Positions 1 through 8,952 of a stretch of 64,000 nucleotides of DNA are shown piece after piece; positions within the stretch are counted from its first letter, which is position 1; every line of letters begins with the position of its first letter. Below the pieces are notes generated by a model. The model was not told the DNA's origin. It worked only from the letters and a program-made list of their open reading frames with translations, and did no database searches. A program made the position numbers and the translations under genes. Source of the DNA: Armatimonadota bacterium (GTDB lineage: Bacteria; Armatimonadota; UBA5829; DSUL01); assembly GCA_039811685.1 (NCBI GenBank), contig JBDHZC010000005.1, positions 96,001-160,000 of the forward strand, given 5' to 3'.

Positions 1-387
1 TTGAATGTACAGGATCGTTTTGTCCTTCTGGGGTTGCTCCCACGCGCTGAGCAGGTGCAACTTCAGCGCGCCGCGGATATTATTGTCCAACCGTCTCTGT
101 TCGAAGGGTGGAGCACGGTTGTTGAAGACGCAAAGACGCTTGGAAAGACTATGGTAGTGTCAGACATCGCCGTACATCGGGAGCAGCAACCGCCAGGCAG
201 TCTGTTCTTTGAGCCGGCAGACGCGGTGGACCTGGCGGACAAGATACAGCACGCGCTGGGCGGAGCCGGCCAGTGGGAGGACGAACAGAAGGCGAGACAA
301 GACGCTTTACAGCGCGCAAGAGTATTCTCTGATGCATTTCTCGAAGTGTGTCGCTGTGCCGCGGCGCGAAGCTCTCCCCCAAAGTAA
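1..387 (+). CDS. Glycosyltransferase family 4, C-terminal part (5' truncated by window edge)
   Basis: GT-B motif QPSLFEGWSTVVEDA...VVSDIAVHRE. Confidence 0.85.
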   Translation: MNVQDRFVLLGLLPRAEQVQLQRAADIIVQPSLFEGWSTVVEDAKTLGKTMVVSDIAVHREQQPPGSLFFEPADAVDLADKIQHALGGAGQWEDEQKARQDALQRARVFSDAFLEVCRCAAARSSPPK

Positions 388-390
388 GAT

Positions 391-1563
391 ATGAACCTTA
401 GACACTCCTCGCCATCACCTGAAGACGGAGACTATCTGCTGTGGCTTGGGCCAATTCTGGACGAATCCACTCTGCAGCGGTCTCCAGCCGCCAGCCCCGC
501 AGCGGCTCGATGGCAATTCGGCCTGGTTCAGGCCCTGCAGGATCTGGGGCAGAGCGTGTTCAACATCGGCCATGTCCCCGAAAGGCTCTGGCCTAAGGGA
601 CGCCTGTTTATGGGGCGAAGCGCCGGGCGGCTGCCTTCCGGAATAGCAGGGCGGATCGTCAGGTATGTTAACGCTCCTTTCATCCGGCGCGGGAGTCTGC
701 ACCGGCGCTACCTGCACTCCATGGCCCGCGCTGTCAGAAAACGCGGCCGCCCTTCAGCCGTTGTCACCTACAACGCCTACCCTCATAACGCTGTCTGCGG
801 CCTGCGCGCAGTGCGCGATCTCAACGTACCCTGGGTATGTATAGCCGCAGACGCTCCCGGTGAGACCGCAGAGCGCAAAGTGCACGACGCAATCCTGGCA
901 CAGGCTTCCGGACGGGTGCTCCTGTCCTGGGGTCTCTACCGTGACACGCCAGGCGAACCCAGGCTGCATCTTGACGGAGGGATAGAGGAGATTCGTTTTG
1001 CCCCTTCTTCAATGGAGCCTCAGCCAACCCCGGTGATTCTCTACACAGGGGCGCTCACCAAATGGGGCGGCGTGAGCCTGTTGATAGACGCTTTTGCACT
1101 CATTCGCTCACAAAGCGCGGAATTGTGGATATGCGGTCACGGAAACGACGCACAGGTGCGCGAAGCGGCGCAGGCTAATCCCCGCATCAAGTGGCTGGGA
1201 ATGGTCTCAGAAGAGAAGCTGCGCGAGGTCTCTGAAGCAGCCAGCGTTTTTGTCAATCCACGCCCGCCGGAGATCAAAGACAACGCGATGAACTTTCCGT
1301 CCAAGGTGCTTGAGTATCTGTCTTACGGCCGGCCGGTTGTGAGCACGTGGACGGACGGCCTCAGCCCTGATTACCGCGATGCGCTCATCGTACTCCAAAG
1401 CAGCGATCCGGAAGCTCTGGCTTCGGAAATCGACACAGTGCTGAGCTGGGATACGGAGCGCCTGCGGCTTCAGGCGCAAAAGGCGCACAGTTTCCTGCAA
1501 CAGAAGCTGTGGTCTCGTCAAGCGGAGCGGTTTCTGAAGTGGATGGAGACGGTGCGTGTCTGA
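391..1563 (+). CDS. Glycosyltransferase family 4
   Basis: ILYTGAL, FPSKVLEYLSYGRPVVST motifs; 3 nt after previous stop. Confidence 0.85.
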   Translation: MNLRHSSPSPEDGDYLLWLGPILDESTLQRSPAASPAAARWQFGLVQALQDLGQSVFNIGHVPERLWPKGRLFMGRSAGRLPSGIAGRIVRYVNAPFIRRGSLHRRYLHSMARAVRKRGRPSAVVTYNAYPHNAVCGLRAVRDLNVPWVCIAADAPGETAERKVHDAILAQASGRVLLSWGLYRDTPGEPRLHLDGGIEEIRFAPSSMEPQPTPVILYTGALTKWGGVSLLIDAFALIRSQSAELWICGHGNDAQVREAAQANPRIKWLGMVSEEKLREVSEAASVFVNPRPPEIKDNAMNFPSKVLEYLSYGRPVVSTWTDGLSPDYRDALIVLQSSDPEALASEIDTVLSWDTERLRLQAQKAHSFLQQKLWSRQAERFLKWMETVRV

Positions 1564-2665
1564 GGAGCAGCAGATTGTCTTCTGGCAGAACACCCTCAGC
1601 ATTCACCAGTCCGCGCTGATTTCGGCTTTGGCGGAGCGGGCGCAGGTGACTCTGGTGGCTGAGGAGGATGTTTATCCGGAGCGCTCGGACATGGGCTGGT
1701 TCCGGCCGGATTTTGGAAAGGCGAAGGTAGTTGTCGCACCCGGCGACGCGCAACTTCTCGAGTTCGCCCGCATGAGCCAGGCCGCCCATATCTTCACCGG
1801 TATTGGCGCCTACCCAATGGTGAGCCGGGCCATGGCGTCGTGCGCGGAGGCGGGTGGCTGGATGGCGATGCAAAGCGAGCCGGCGGACTGGCGAGGGCCA
1901 CTTGCACTTGCGCGCCTGGCGCGAGGACGCCACTACGCCCGTCGCTACGGGCAGACGCTTTCACTCGCTCTGGCGATCGGTCATCTGGCGCGGCAGTGGT
2001 TCCGCAGGATTGGCCTGCCAGAGTCCAGGACGCGCCCTTTCGCCTATTTCACCCAGGGCCCTGAGTCTGGGGTGGACGTGGAAGAGCGCGACGAGGTGCG
2101 TCTGATAGTTGTGGCAAGTCTTGTCACCCGCAAAGGAGTGGATATTCTGCTGCGAGCGTTGAGCGACGTGCCGGGGCCATGGTTTCTGACAATCGTGGGC
2201 GACGGCCCTGAGCGCAATACTCTGGAGAAGCTGGCGCTGTCTCGTGGATTGGATGAAAAAGTGCGCTTTGCAGGCTCACTCGCCAATGACGAAGCGATGC
2301 GCTTGCTCTCGCAGAGTGATCTCTTGATCCTTCCCAGCCGGTGGGATGGCTGGGGCGCAGTGGTGAACGAGGCTTTGATGCGGGGAGTTCCGGTTGTCTG
2401 TAGCAACCGCTGTGGAGCCTCTGATCTGATAGTCTCCGCAGAGCTTGGCGCAGTCTACGCGTGGCAGTCGCAGAGCGCTCTTTCTCAGGAGCTTGCGCGG
2501 CGTGTGGCGCACGGCCCGGCAATCAGCAGCCAGCGGCAGAGGATTCGTCAGTGGGCTGAATGTATCAGCGGAGAGCGAGCGGCGCAATACGTCCTGGATC
2601 TGATCAGAAGCGCGCGTGACAGCTCCGAAGCCCCGCGCCCTCCGTGGCGGCCATTTGTGGACTGA
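1556..2665 (+). CDS. Glycosyltransferase family 4
   Basis: RKGVDILL, LPSRWDGWGAVVNEALMRGVPVV; overlaps previous gene. Confidence 0.88.
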   Translation: MSEEQQIVFWQNTLSIHQSALISALAERAQVTLVAEEDVYPERSDMGWFRPDFGKAKVVVAPGDAQLLEFARMSQAAHIFTGIGAYPMVSRAMASCAEAGGWMAMQSEPADWRGPLALARLARGRHYARRYGQTLSLALAIGHLARQWFRRIGLPESRTRPFAYFTQGPESGVDVEERDEVRLIVVASLVTRKGVDILLRALSDVPGPWFLTIVGDGPERNTLEKLALSRGLDEKVRFAGSLANDEAMRLLSQSDLLILPSRWDGWGAVVNEALMRGVPVVCSNRCGASDLIVSAELGAVYAWQSQSALSQELARRVAHGPAISSQRQRIRQWAECISGERAAQYVLDLIRSARDSSEAPRPPWRPFVD

Positions 2666-2684
2666 GCAGGCGCGGTGATTGATT

Positions 2685-2858
2685 TTAGAACGGGCTACCG
2701 GCGTCAACATCGGTAGGATGATCTATCAGGCGCTGGACGGCGGCTGTTCGCGTGGACGGGCTGGAAGCGCCTATCCCGCACGCGCTGGCGCTGCGGATTA
2801 TACAGAACGCCGGGAAAGCAACCAGCGCGACAAGAAACAAAACGATTATCAGCTTCAT
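2685..2858 (-). CDS. Small 57-aa protein with hydrophobic N-terminus (not in ORF track)
   Basis: MKLIIVLFLVALVAFPAFCIIRSASACG...DAGSPF*; AGAGGAAG about 6 nt upstream of ATG. Confidence 0.6.
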   Translation of the reverse strand: MKLIIVLFLVALVAFPAFCIIRSASACGIGASSPSTRTAAVQRLIDHPTDVDAGSPF

Positions 2859-3003
2859 GGGAATCTTCCTCTTTCGTTTGCAGTAGCTTTGTCTATCTTA
2901 GGACCCGGCTACTGGAAAAAACAGAGCGCGCAGATTCCCCGCATTGGTACGGGTCTTTGCCTGTAGGGGGCAAAAAATCGGGCTTTTTGGGGCACTGGCA
3001 GGC

Positions 3004-3038
3004 AAAAAAATAGCCCGCGGAAGTAGCTTCAGCGGGCT
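3004..3038 (-). terminator. Intrinsic terminator
   Basis: AGCCCGC-T-GAAG-CTA-CTTC-C-GCGGGCT followed by ATTTTTTT on the minus strand. Confidence 0.8.
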
Positions 3039-3085
3039 CCAGAGAAAATATCTGACAGAAGGAGAAAAAGATATTTGGTTTCCAT
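3004..3085 (-). ncRNA. Candidate sigma-54-dependent small RNA (~82 nt)
   Basis: Bounded by a sigma-54 promoter and an intrinsic terminator; 8-bp stem with loop UUUUCUCCUUCUGUC. Confidence 0.65.
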
Positions 3086-3095
3086 CATTAATAAG

Positions 3096-3111
3096 TGCAA
3101 GAACCGTGCCA
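3096..3111 (-). promoter_or_regulatory. Sigma-54 (RpoN) -24/-12 promoter
   Basis: TGGCAC-GGTTC-TTGCA, exact match to TGGCAC-N5-TTGC(A/T). Confidence 0.8.
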
Positions 3112-3270
3112 AAAGCCAGATAGCGCTGAATTTTGTCCAGATTTTGCGTCAACAGGAGATGGGCAGTCTCTCCTGTGTCTCCTCTGCTGATGCCTGGAGC
3201 AGTGCTCCGGAGTGCGTCTGCGTCTGATATTCTGCTTGCGGATGACTGTCTCTGAAAGGATGCTGGGCCA

Positions 3271-4020
3271 TTGGGTCTTACAGCCGCTTTAGTCTGCAAA
3301 AATGAAGAGAAGAACATGGAGCGCGTCCTGCGCAGCGTGCAGTTTGCAGATCAAATCCTGGTTGTGGACTCCGGCTCGACGGACAAGACTCTGGAGATCG
3401 CGCGCAGGTTCACCGGGGACGTTATTGTGCGCGACTGGCCTGGCTTCTCGGCGCAGAAGAACTTCGCGTTGTCACAGGCCTCCGAGGAGTGGGTTTTATG
3501 CATGGACGCAGACGAGGAAGTCTCACCCGAGCTTGCCCTGGAGATTCAGGAGGTTGTAGCGGGCAGGCGTACCGGTTTTCGCTTCTACAACATGCCGCGC
3601 CTTACCCGTTTTGTGGACAGATGGATGCGCCACGGAGGATGGTATCCCGATCGGCAACTGCGCCTGCTTCAAAACGGAGCGGGGGAGTACAATGACCATC
3701 CGGTGCATGCGGCTATCACGCCAGACGAGCCCGTAGGCAAGCTGCAGGGAGACATCCTGCACTACAGCTTCGAATCCATTTCCGACTATGTGGACAGGAT
3801 GAATGGATACTCCTCCACTATGGCGCGAATGCTGCTGGAACGCACGCACCCTCCGCGCGTTGGACCGTTTGGTCTCGGACTGACGCTCGCGCGGAAATTT
3901 CTGGAAGTTTATCTCCTTAAGCGCGGCTTTTTGGACGGGGGCGACGGGTTTGTGGTGGCCTGCCTGGGAGCCTACAGCGTCTTTCTGCGGCAGGCGAAAG
4001 TCTGGCGGCCTGAAAAGTAA
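3271..4020 (+). CDS. Glycosyltransferase family 2 (WaaE/KdtX-like)
   Basis: KNEE, VVDSGSTDKT, GFSAQKNFA, MDADE, GGWYPD, GFLDG motifs. Confidence 0.88.
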   Translation: MGLTAALVCKNEEKNMERVLRSVQFADQILVVDSGSTDKTLEIARRFTGDVIVRDWPGFSAQKNFALSQASEEWVLCMDADEEVSPELALEIQEVVAGRRTGFRFYNMPRLTRFVDRWMRHGGWYPDRQLRLLQNGAGEYNDHPVHAAITPDEPVGKLQGDILHYSFESISDYVDRMNGYSSTMARMLLERTHPPRVGPFGLGLTLARKFLEVYLLKRGFLDGGDGFVVACLGAYSVFLRQAKVWRPEK

Positions 4021-4126
4021 ACGGGACGAACGGGGCCTCAGAAGCGTTCTAATGGGTGAGGCTGTCAAGGCAGCCAGTCTCAAATGGAGAGTCGGCGTCA
4101 GACAAAACACAAAGGAAGGTTTGCCA

Positions 4127-4870
4127 TTGCCATTTAGAAAGATAGCTGCCACGTTATTTGTGGCTTTTGTCGCCGTTCTGGCGGCTGAAGGAGTTTCCCG
4201 GGCGGAGTCACCCGCAGAGCTGCGAAAGCAGGTGCACGAAGCGACAAAAGGCTTCAGAGACATCCAGGCGGATGTGAACATAGCCTACTCCAACCAGACT
4301 GAGCTCGCAAAGATCGGAAAAGACTTCGGGCAGGCGTACAGATTCAAGAACTCCAGGATGATGTTCGAGACGCCGAACAAGTTCAAAATGACAGCTCGTG
4401 CCGGGCTGGTCAACGTCAGCTATATTGTCACCGGTAACACCAAGAAAATCCGGGCTGGCATAATCAACAAGACCGAAGATATCTCAAAAGAACCGCATAA
4501 GCGGCAGACGATTTTGGATGCGGGGCTTGCCAACGACAGTCTGTGGAGCTCGTACAACGTGGAGCAGGTGTCGAAAAGTGCGTGGGACAAGCAGCCTGCG
4601 CTGAAAGTGCAGTTGTCCCTGTCAAACTCGCCACAGAAGAAGCAGTACATCTATCTCAATCCGAAAGACTTCCGGCTGCTGGCGCGAGAGAAGCGGGAAG
4701 CGAACGGATCATTGATTGCCCGCTATGTTTACAGCAAGTTCAAAGAGTACGCGGGCGTGTGGATTCCCACAGAGATACGCGTGTATAACGGGGCGGGAAA
4801 ACTGGGTGGCACCAGCGTTTACAGCAACATCAAAGTCAACAAGGGGATTCCCGACAGCGAGTTCAAATGA
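4127..4870 (+). CDS. Secreted LolA-like (outer-membrane lipoprotein sorting fold) protein
   Basis: Signal peptide ending SRA; C-terminal GVWIP...YSNIKVNKGIPDSEF pattern; TTG start chosen 7 nt after AAGGAAGG. Confidence 0.6.
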   Translation: MPFRKIAATLFVAFVAVLAAEGVSRAESPAELRKQVHEATKGFRDIQADVNIAYSNQTELAKIGKDFGQAYRFKNSRMMFETPNKFKMTARAGLVNVSYIVTGNTKKIRAGIINKTEDISKEPHKRQTILDAGLANDSLWSSYNVEQVSKSAWDKQPALKVQLSLSNSPQKKQYIYLNPKDFRLLAREKREANGSLIARYVYSKFKEYAGVWIPTEIRVYNGAGKLGGTSVYSNIKVNKGIPDSEFK

Positions 4871-4936
4871 GCAGGTGGGACGGATACAGATAGAAAGATC
4901 CAAAAGTTTGCGCGCGGCCAGTGAGTCTGAAGACTG

Positions 4937-5947
4937 ATGCCGAGCCGCTACCGCACTATTGACCTCAGCCAGATCACACCGACGAGCATTCAGGGGCGTG
5001 AGAGCAAAGTTCACATTGCCGACTTCGCCTCTCCTCTGAAACCTGGGGCTACTGTCCGGGAGCTGATTGACAGTCTGCCGCACATTCTGGCCGGTGACGA
5101 TTTACGCACCGCTATCGACGCCGTAGCGCAGGCCGCCCTGAAACGCCGCGCTGTTGTGTTGTGCTTTGGAGCGCACGTCATCAAGACTGGTCAGGCGCCA
5201 GTGCTGATAGATCTGATGCGCCGCGGCGTAATCTCCACTCTCGCTACTAACGGCGCCAGCGTCATTCACGACTCGGAGATAGCGCTGTTCGGACACACAA
5301 GCGAGCACGTCGAGAAGGGAATCGGCCGCGGGCTTTTCGGGATGATGAGAGAGACTGCCGACTTCGTAAATACCGCCGCCGTCAGAGGAGCGGAGTCGCA
5401 GCTTGGTTTTGGTGAGGCCGTCGGCAAAGCCCTGCTGGACGCGGACGCGCCGAACAAAGCCGTCTCACTTTTCGCTGCAGCCTACGAGATGAAAATCCCA
5501 ATCACTGTGCATGTGGGAGTGGGGACAGATATCGTGCACATGCATCCGAGTGCGGACGGGGCGTCCATTGGTGATGTGTCGCACAGGGATTTCAAGATTC
5601 TGATCGAATACATGCGGGGTCTTGCGCACGGTGGGGCGTTGCTCAATTTCGGCTCGGCTGTAGTCATGCCGGAAGTCGTTCTGAAAGCTCTGACTGTGCT
5701 GCGCAATCTCAACGTGGATATGAGCGGATTTACGAGTGTCAACATGGACTTTCTGCAGCACTACAGGTCCAGCCAGCAGATTGTGGAGCGCGTCCGGGAG
5801 ATTGGTGGGCAGGGAGTGAGTCTGACGGGTCACCACGAGATAATGATCCCGCTATTTGCCGCTGGCGTTCTGGAAAGGCTCAGGGAGTCTCGCGAGGAGA
5901 CAGAGTCCCCTGCGCTTTCGGACGCAGAGGTGAACACGGTTGGCTGA
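4937..5947 (+). CDS. Deoxyhypusine-synthase-like protein of unknown function
   Basis: GAHVIKTG, ATNGASVIHD, GTDIVHMHP, GSAVVMPEV, GHHEIMIPL; no SWGK lysine motif of true DHS. Confidence 0.65.
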   Translation: MPSRYRTIDLSQITPTSIQGRESKVHIADFASPLKPGATVRELIDSLPHILAGDDLRTAIDAVAQAALKRRAVVLCFGAHVIKTGQAPVLIDLMRRGVISTLATNGASVIHDSEIALFGHTSEHVEKGIGRGLFGMMRETADFVNTAAVRGAESQLGFGEAVGKALLDADAPNKAVSLFAAAYEMKIPITVHVGVGTDIVHMHPSADGASIGDVSHRDFKILIEYMRGLAHGGALLNFGSAVVMPEVVLKALTVLRNLNVDMSGFTSVNMDFLQHYRSSQQIVERVREIGGQGVSLTGHHEIMIPLFAAGVLERLRESREETESPALSDAEVNTVG

Positions 5948-6947
5948 CGGACACGCAGCGCTGCTGGAACTCCTGGAGCGGCTCCCCGGGCGGCGTATCG
6001 CTGTCGTCGGCGATGTGATGCTGGATGAGTACCTGCACGGCGGCGTGAAGCGGGTCTCCCCGGAGGCCCCGGTCCTGGTGGTGGACGTTGACAGGATGAC
6101 CTGGGCGCCGGGAGGAGCGGCCAACGTCGCGGCCAATATCCGCGCGCTCGGCGCGGAGGTGTCGCTGATCGGGCTTGTTGGAAAAGACTACGCAGCAGAC
6201 AGGCTGCGAAGGCTGCTCGAGGATATGCAGGTTGGCACAGATGGCCTGCTGGAAGACCCGAACAGGGACACAAGTCTCAAGACGCGCATCATTGCGCACC
6301 ATCAGCAGGTCGTACGCGTGGATCGAGAGAGGCGAGAGAAGCCGTCCGAAGCCCTGGTGCGCAAGCTCCGGCTACAGATTGAGGAGAAGCTGGCTGAGTG
6401 CGACGCACTGGTTGTCTCGGACTACAACAAGGGCGTTGTCGGAGAGCTTACGCAGACGGCTGTAACAAAAGCCCGTGAAGCCGGGGTCCTGGTGACGTCA
6501 AACCCCAAGCCTGCAAATCTGCGCTTCTTTCAGGGCGCTGATGTGATTACCCTCAACAACCTTGAGGCGGAAGCGGCTTCCGGGGAAAGTATTGACGGAC
6601 TGAAGGCGCTGGTCAGGGCCGGAGCGAAAATAGTGCGCAAGACCCGCGCCGGATGTATTGTCATCACGCGGGGCGCGAACGGAATGAGCGTTTTCCGCCA
6701 GGCGGAGCAATCCGCAGAACCCGCGCATATCCCGGGAATGCCGGTTGAGGTTTACGACGTGGCTGGCGCAGGCGATACGGTCGTCAGCACACTCACGCTT
6801 GCAATGGCGGCTGGAGCGGACGAAGTGCAGGCCGCGACACTGGCTAACTACGCTGCTGCGACTGTCGTTAGAAAAGTGGGCGTGGCATGCGTGTCCACCG
6901 CAGAAGTTGCCAATCTGATCAGAGAATCCGAGAGCAGATCAATTTGA
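5940..6947 (+). CDS. rfaE1: D-glycero-beta-D-manno-heptose-7-phosphate kinase (HldE kinase domain)
   Basis: VGDVMLDEY, RVSPEAPV, GGAANVAAN, SDYNKG, DVAGAGDT. Confidence 0.93.
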   Translation: MADGHAALLELLERLPGRRIAVVGDVMLDEYLHGGVKRVSPEAPVLVVDVDRMTWAPGGAANVAANIRALGAEVSLIGLVGKDYAADRLRRLLEDMQVGTDGLLEDPNRDTSLKTRIIAHHQQVVRVDRERREKPSEALVRKLRLQIEEKLAECDALVVSDYNKGVVGELTQTAVTKAREAGVLVTSNPKPANLRFFQGADVITLNNLEAEAASGESIDGLKALVRAGAKIVRKTRAGCIVITRGANGMSVFRQAEQSAEPAHIPGMPVEVYDVAGAGDTVVSTLTLAMAAGADEVQAATLANYAAATVVRKVGVACVSTAEVANLIRESESRSI

Positions 6948-7465
6948 GCAATCTCCATGGCGCAAAGCCCGGCGACGAAGACTCCACCTGCCGGATACTG
7001 GACAGAAAACGGCTCAGCGAGTATTGCGCGCGCTGGCGCGAAGAAGGTCTGACCATCGTCTTCACAAACGGCTGCTTTGACATTTTGCACATTGGACATG
7101 CCCGCTACCTGGCGCAGGCGAAAGCTCTCGGAGACCGGTTGGTAGTGGGTGTAAACTCAGACGCATCCACCCGGCGTCTCAAGGGTCCCGAGCGCCCGAT
7201 AGTTCCGGAAAGCGAGCGCGCGGAAATGCTGGCGAGTCTGCGCGTTGTAGATGCCGTGTCAATTTTCGACGAACCTCGCCCGGACGACCTCATCCGCGCC
7301 GTACGCCCACATATCCACACTAAGGGTGGAGACTACCGGCCGGAGGAGCTGCCCGAAGCGGCGACGGTGGCAGAAGTGGGTGGCGTTGTGAAGATTTTGG
7401 GACTCGTGCAAGATCGCTCGACATCGCGCCTGCTGGAGCTTATTCGACGCACGGAGCAGGACTGA
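6944..7465 (+). CDS. rfaE2: D-glycero-beta-D-manno-heptose-1-phosphate adenylyltransferase
   Basis: FTNGCFDILHIGH, VGVNSDAS, KGGDY; TTG start overlaps the rfaE1 stop. Confidence 0.93.
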   Translation: MSNLHGAKPGDEDSTCRILDRKRLSEYCARWREEGLTIVFTNGCFDILHIGHARYLAQAKALGDRLVVGVNSDASTRRLKGPERPIVPESERAEMLASLRVVDAVSIFDEPRPDDLIRAVRPHIHTKGGDYRPEELPEAATVAEVGGVVKILGLVQDRSTSRLLELIRRTEQD

Positions 7466-7477
7466 GAGGCCCTCTGC

Positions 7478-8209
7478 ATGCGCGGTCAAAAGACTCTCGG
7501 AGTAATCCCGGCCAGGCTGGCGGCTACCCGGCTTCCCAACAAGCCACTGTTGGAGATTTGCGGCAGGCCAATGATTCAGTGGGTATGGGAGCGCTGCCGC
7601 CGGGCGAAGTTGCTGGATGATATCGTCGTAGCTACGCCGGACGAGGCAATTGCGGAAGCCTGTCGCAGCTTTGGCGCGAACGCTGTGTTGACAAAGCCAG
7701 AGCACCCGACCGGAACAGACCGTGTTGCGGAAGTAGCCGCAACCTGTGACGCGGATATCATCGTCAACATCCAGGGCGATGAGCCGCTGATTGCTCCGGA
7801 GGCGCTGGATGAGCTCATTCGGGCCTTTACGGAGTCCGACGCGCAAATGGGCAGCCTGATGTTCCAAATACCACCTGAAGAGGACGCCGCTGATCCGAAC
7901 CTGGTCAAGGTAGTCACGGCTTTGGACTCTACAGCGCTCTATTTCTCCCGCAGCCCTGTGCCCTTTGCTAGAGGTGCCCCGGATCCACTTCGCTACGGAC
8001 ATGTGGGAATCTACATCTACCGCCGGGCTGATCTGCTTGCGTTCACACGGCTTGCCCGCACGCCGCTGGAGATTGCGGAGTCACTGGAGCAGCTCCGGGC
8101 TCTTGAGTCTGGTTGGAAGATAAAGATGGCGCTGACGGACTACCGTCCGATTGGAGTGGACACACCGGCGGACCTGGAGCGTGTGCGCGAGGCTCTTTCG
8201 GCGGCCTGA
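7478..8209 (+). CDS. kdsB: 3-deoxy-manno-octulosonate cytidylyltransferase
   Basis: IPARLAATRLPNKPL, GTDR, NIQGDEP, YFSR, ESLEQLRALE. Confidence 0.95.
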   Translation: MRGQKTLGVIPARLAATRLPNKPLLEICGRPMIQWVWERCRRAKLLDDIVVATPDEAIAEACRSFGANAVLTKPEHPTGTDRVAEVAATCDADIIVNIQGDEPLIAPEALDELIRAFTESDAQMGSLMFQIPPEEDAADPNLVKVVTALDSTALYFSRSPVPFARGAPDPLRYGHVGIYIYRRADLLAFTRLARTPLEIAESLEQLRALESGWKIKMALTDYRPIGVDTPADLERVREALSAA

Positions 8210-8212
8210 CGC

Positions 8213-8653
8213 TCAGCCTTGCCGCGAGCGGTTCCTATTGTGGAAATACACCCGGACGAACTCTCGCTGTGCCTCTGTCTGAGGCAACCCGACCCACGTA
8301 AATGCCCGCTCAAGATCCTGCAGCCGCGCAGCCAAATGAGCGCAAGCCACAGTGCGGCAGCGTCCAACGCCCATGTAGCAGTGCACCAGAGCCGGCTTAC
8401 CTTCCGCGCGCCACCGCTCAAGCAGTCCATCCATCTCCTCCATCAGGCGCAATCCGGGAGAGGTCATATCCTCCAACCGGCGAAACCGGTGTTCAATTTC
8501 CGCCTGCCTGAAGAGAGCCTGAATATTCCCTGAAACAGGGTGGAGCGACAACACAGCCCGAATGCCCATGCGCTCAAGAAGACGAACGTCGCCCTCGGTT
8601 GACGGCAAGGAGCCGGTAGCCAGTTCATTTTCGACAGCCCAGTGAAAGTCCAT
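8213..8653 (-). CDS. Dual-specificity / protein-tyrosine phosphatase family protein
   Basis: VHCYMGVGR (CX5R) active-site loop; PQTEAQ. Confidence 0.85.
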   Translation of the reverse strand: MDFHWAVENELATGSLPSTEGDVRLLERMGIRAVLSLHPVSGNIQALFRQAEIEHRFRRLEDMTSPGLRLMEEMDGLLERWRAEGKPALVHCYMGVGRCRTVACAHLAARLQDLERAFTWVGLPQTEAQREFVRVYFHNRNRSRQG

Positions 8654-8879
8654 AATGTCGCATTATGCAACGTCAACGACGATAGTTCTGTCTTTTGGAT
8701 GACAAAAGTATCTGCGGTTGACGGCTGGACACGGGCTATGGAGTGTTTTGTCGGCAGGCCCCAACCGTGTCGCAGGTTAGAAGCGACTGATTTTCGGACA
8801 ATCGAAGTCCAAAGGACGCGCGCAAAAGTTGAGAATCGCATCCCTGCTGCGCCGAAGTGTCCGTCCGGCGTCTTCAGGT

Positions 8880-8908
8880 TTGCCGGGCGGCCGGTCGCGG
8901 TATATAAT
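8880..8908 (+). promoter_or_regulatory. Sigma-70-type promoter for phosphomannomutase
   Basis: TTGCCG-N17-TATAAT. Confidence 0.65.
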
Positions 8909-8952
8909 CCAGCAGCCCTGGCAGGCTGAACTTTGCAAGGAGAAGCACTATC

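Noticed and set aside
2860..3000. c-di-GMP-I riboswitch suggested by a GGCAAA word ahead of the 57-aa ORF
   Set aside because: The GNRA-capped stem and second conserved stem are not present.
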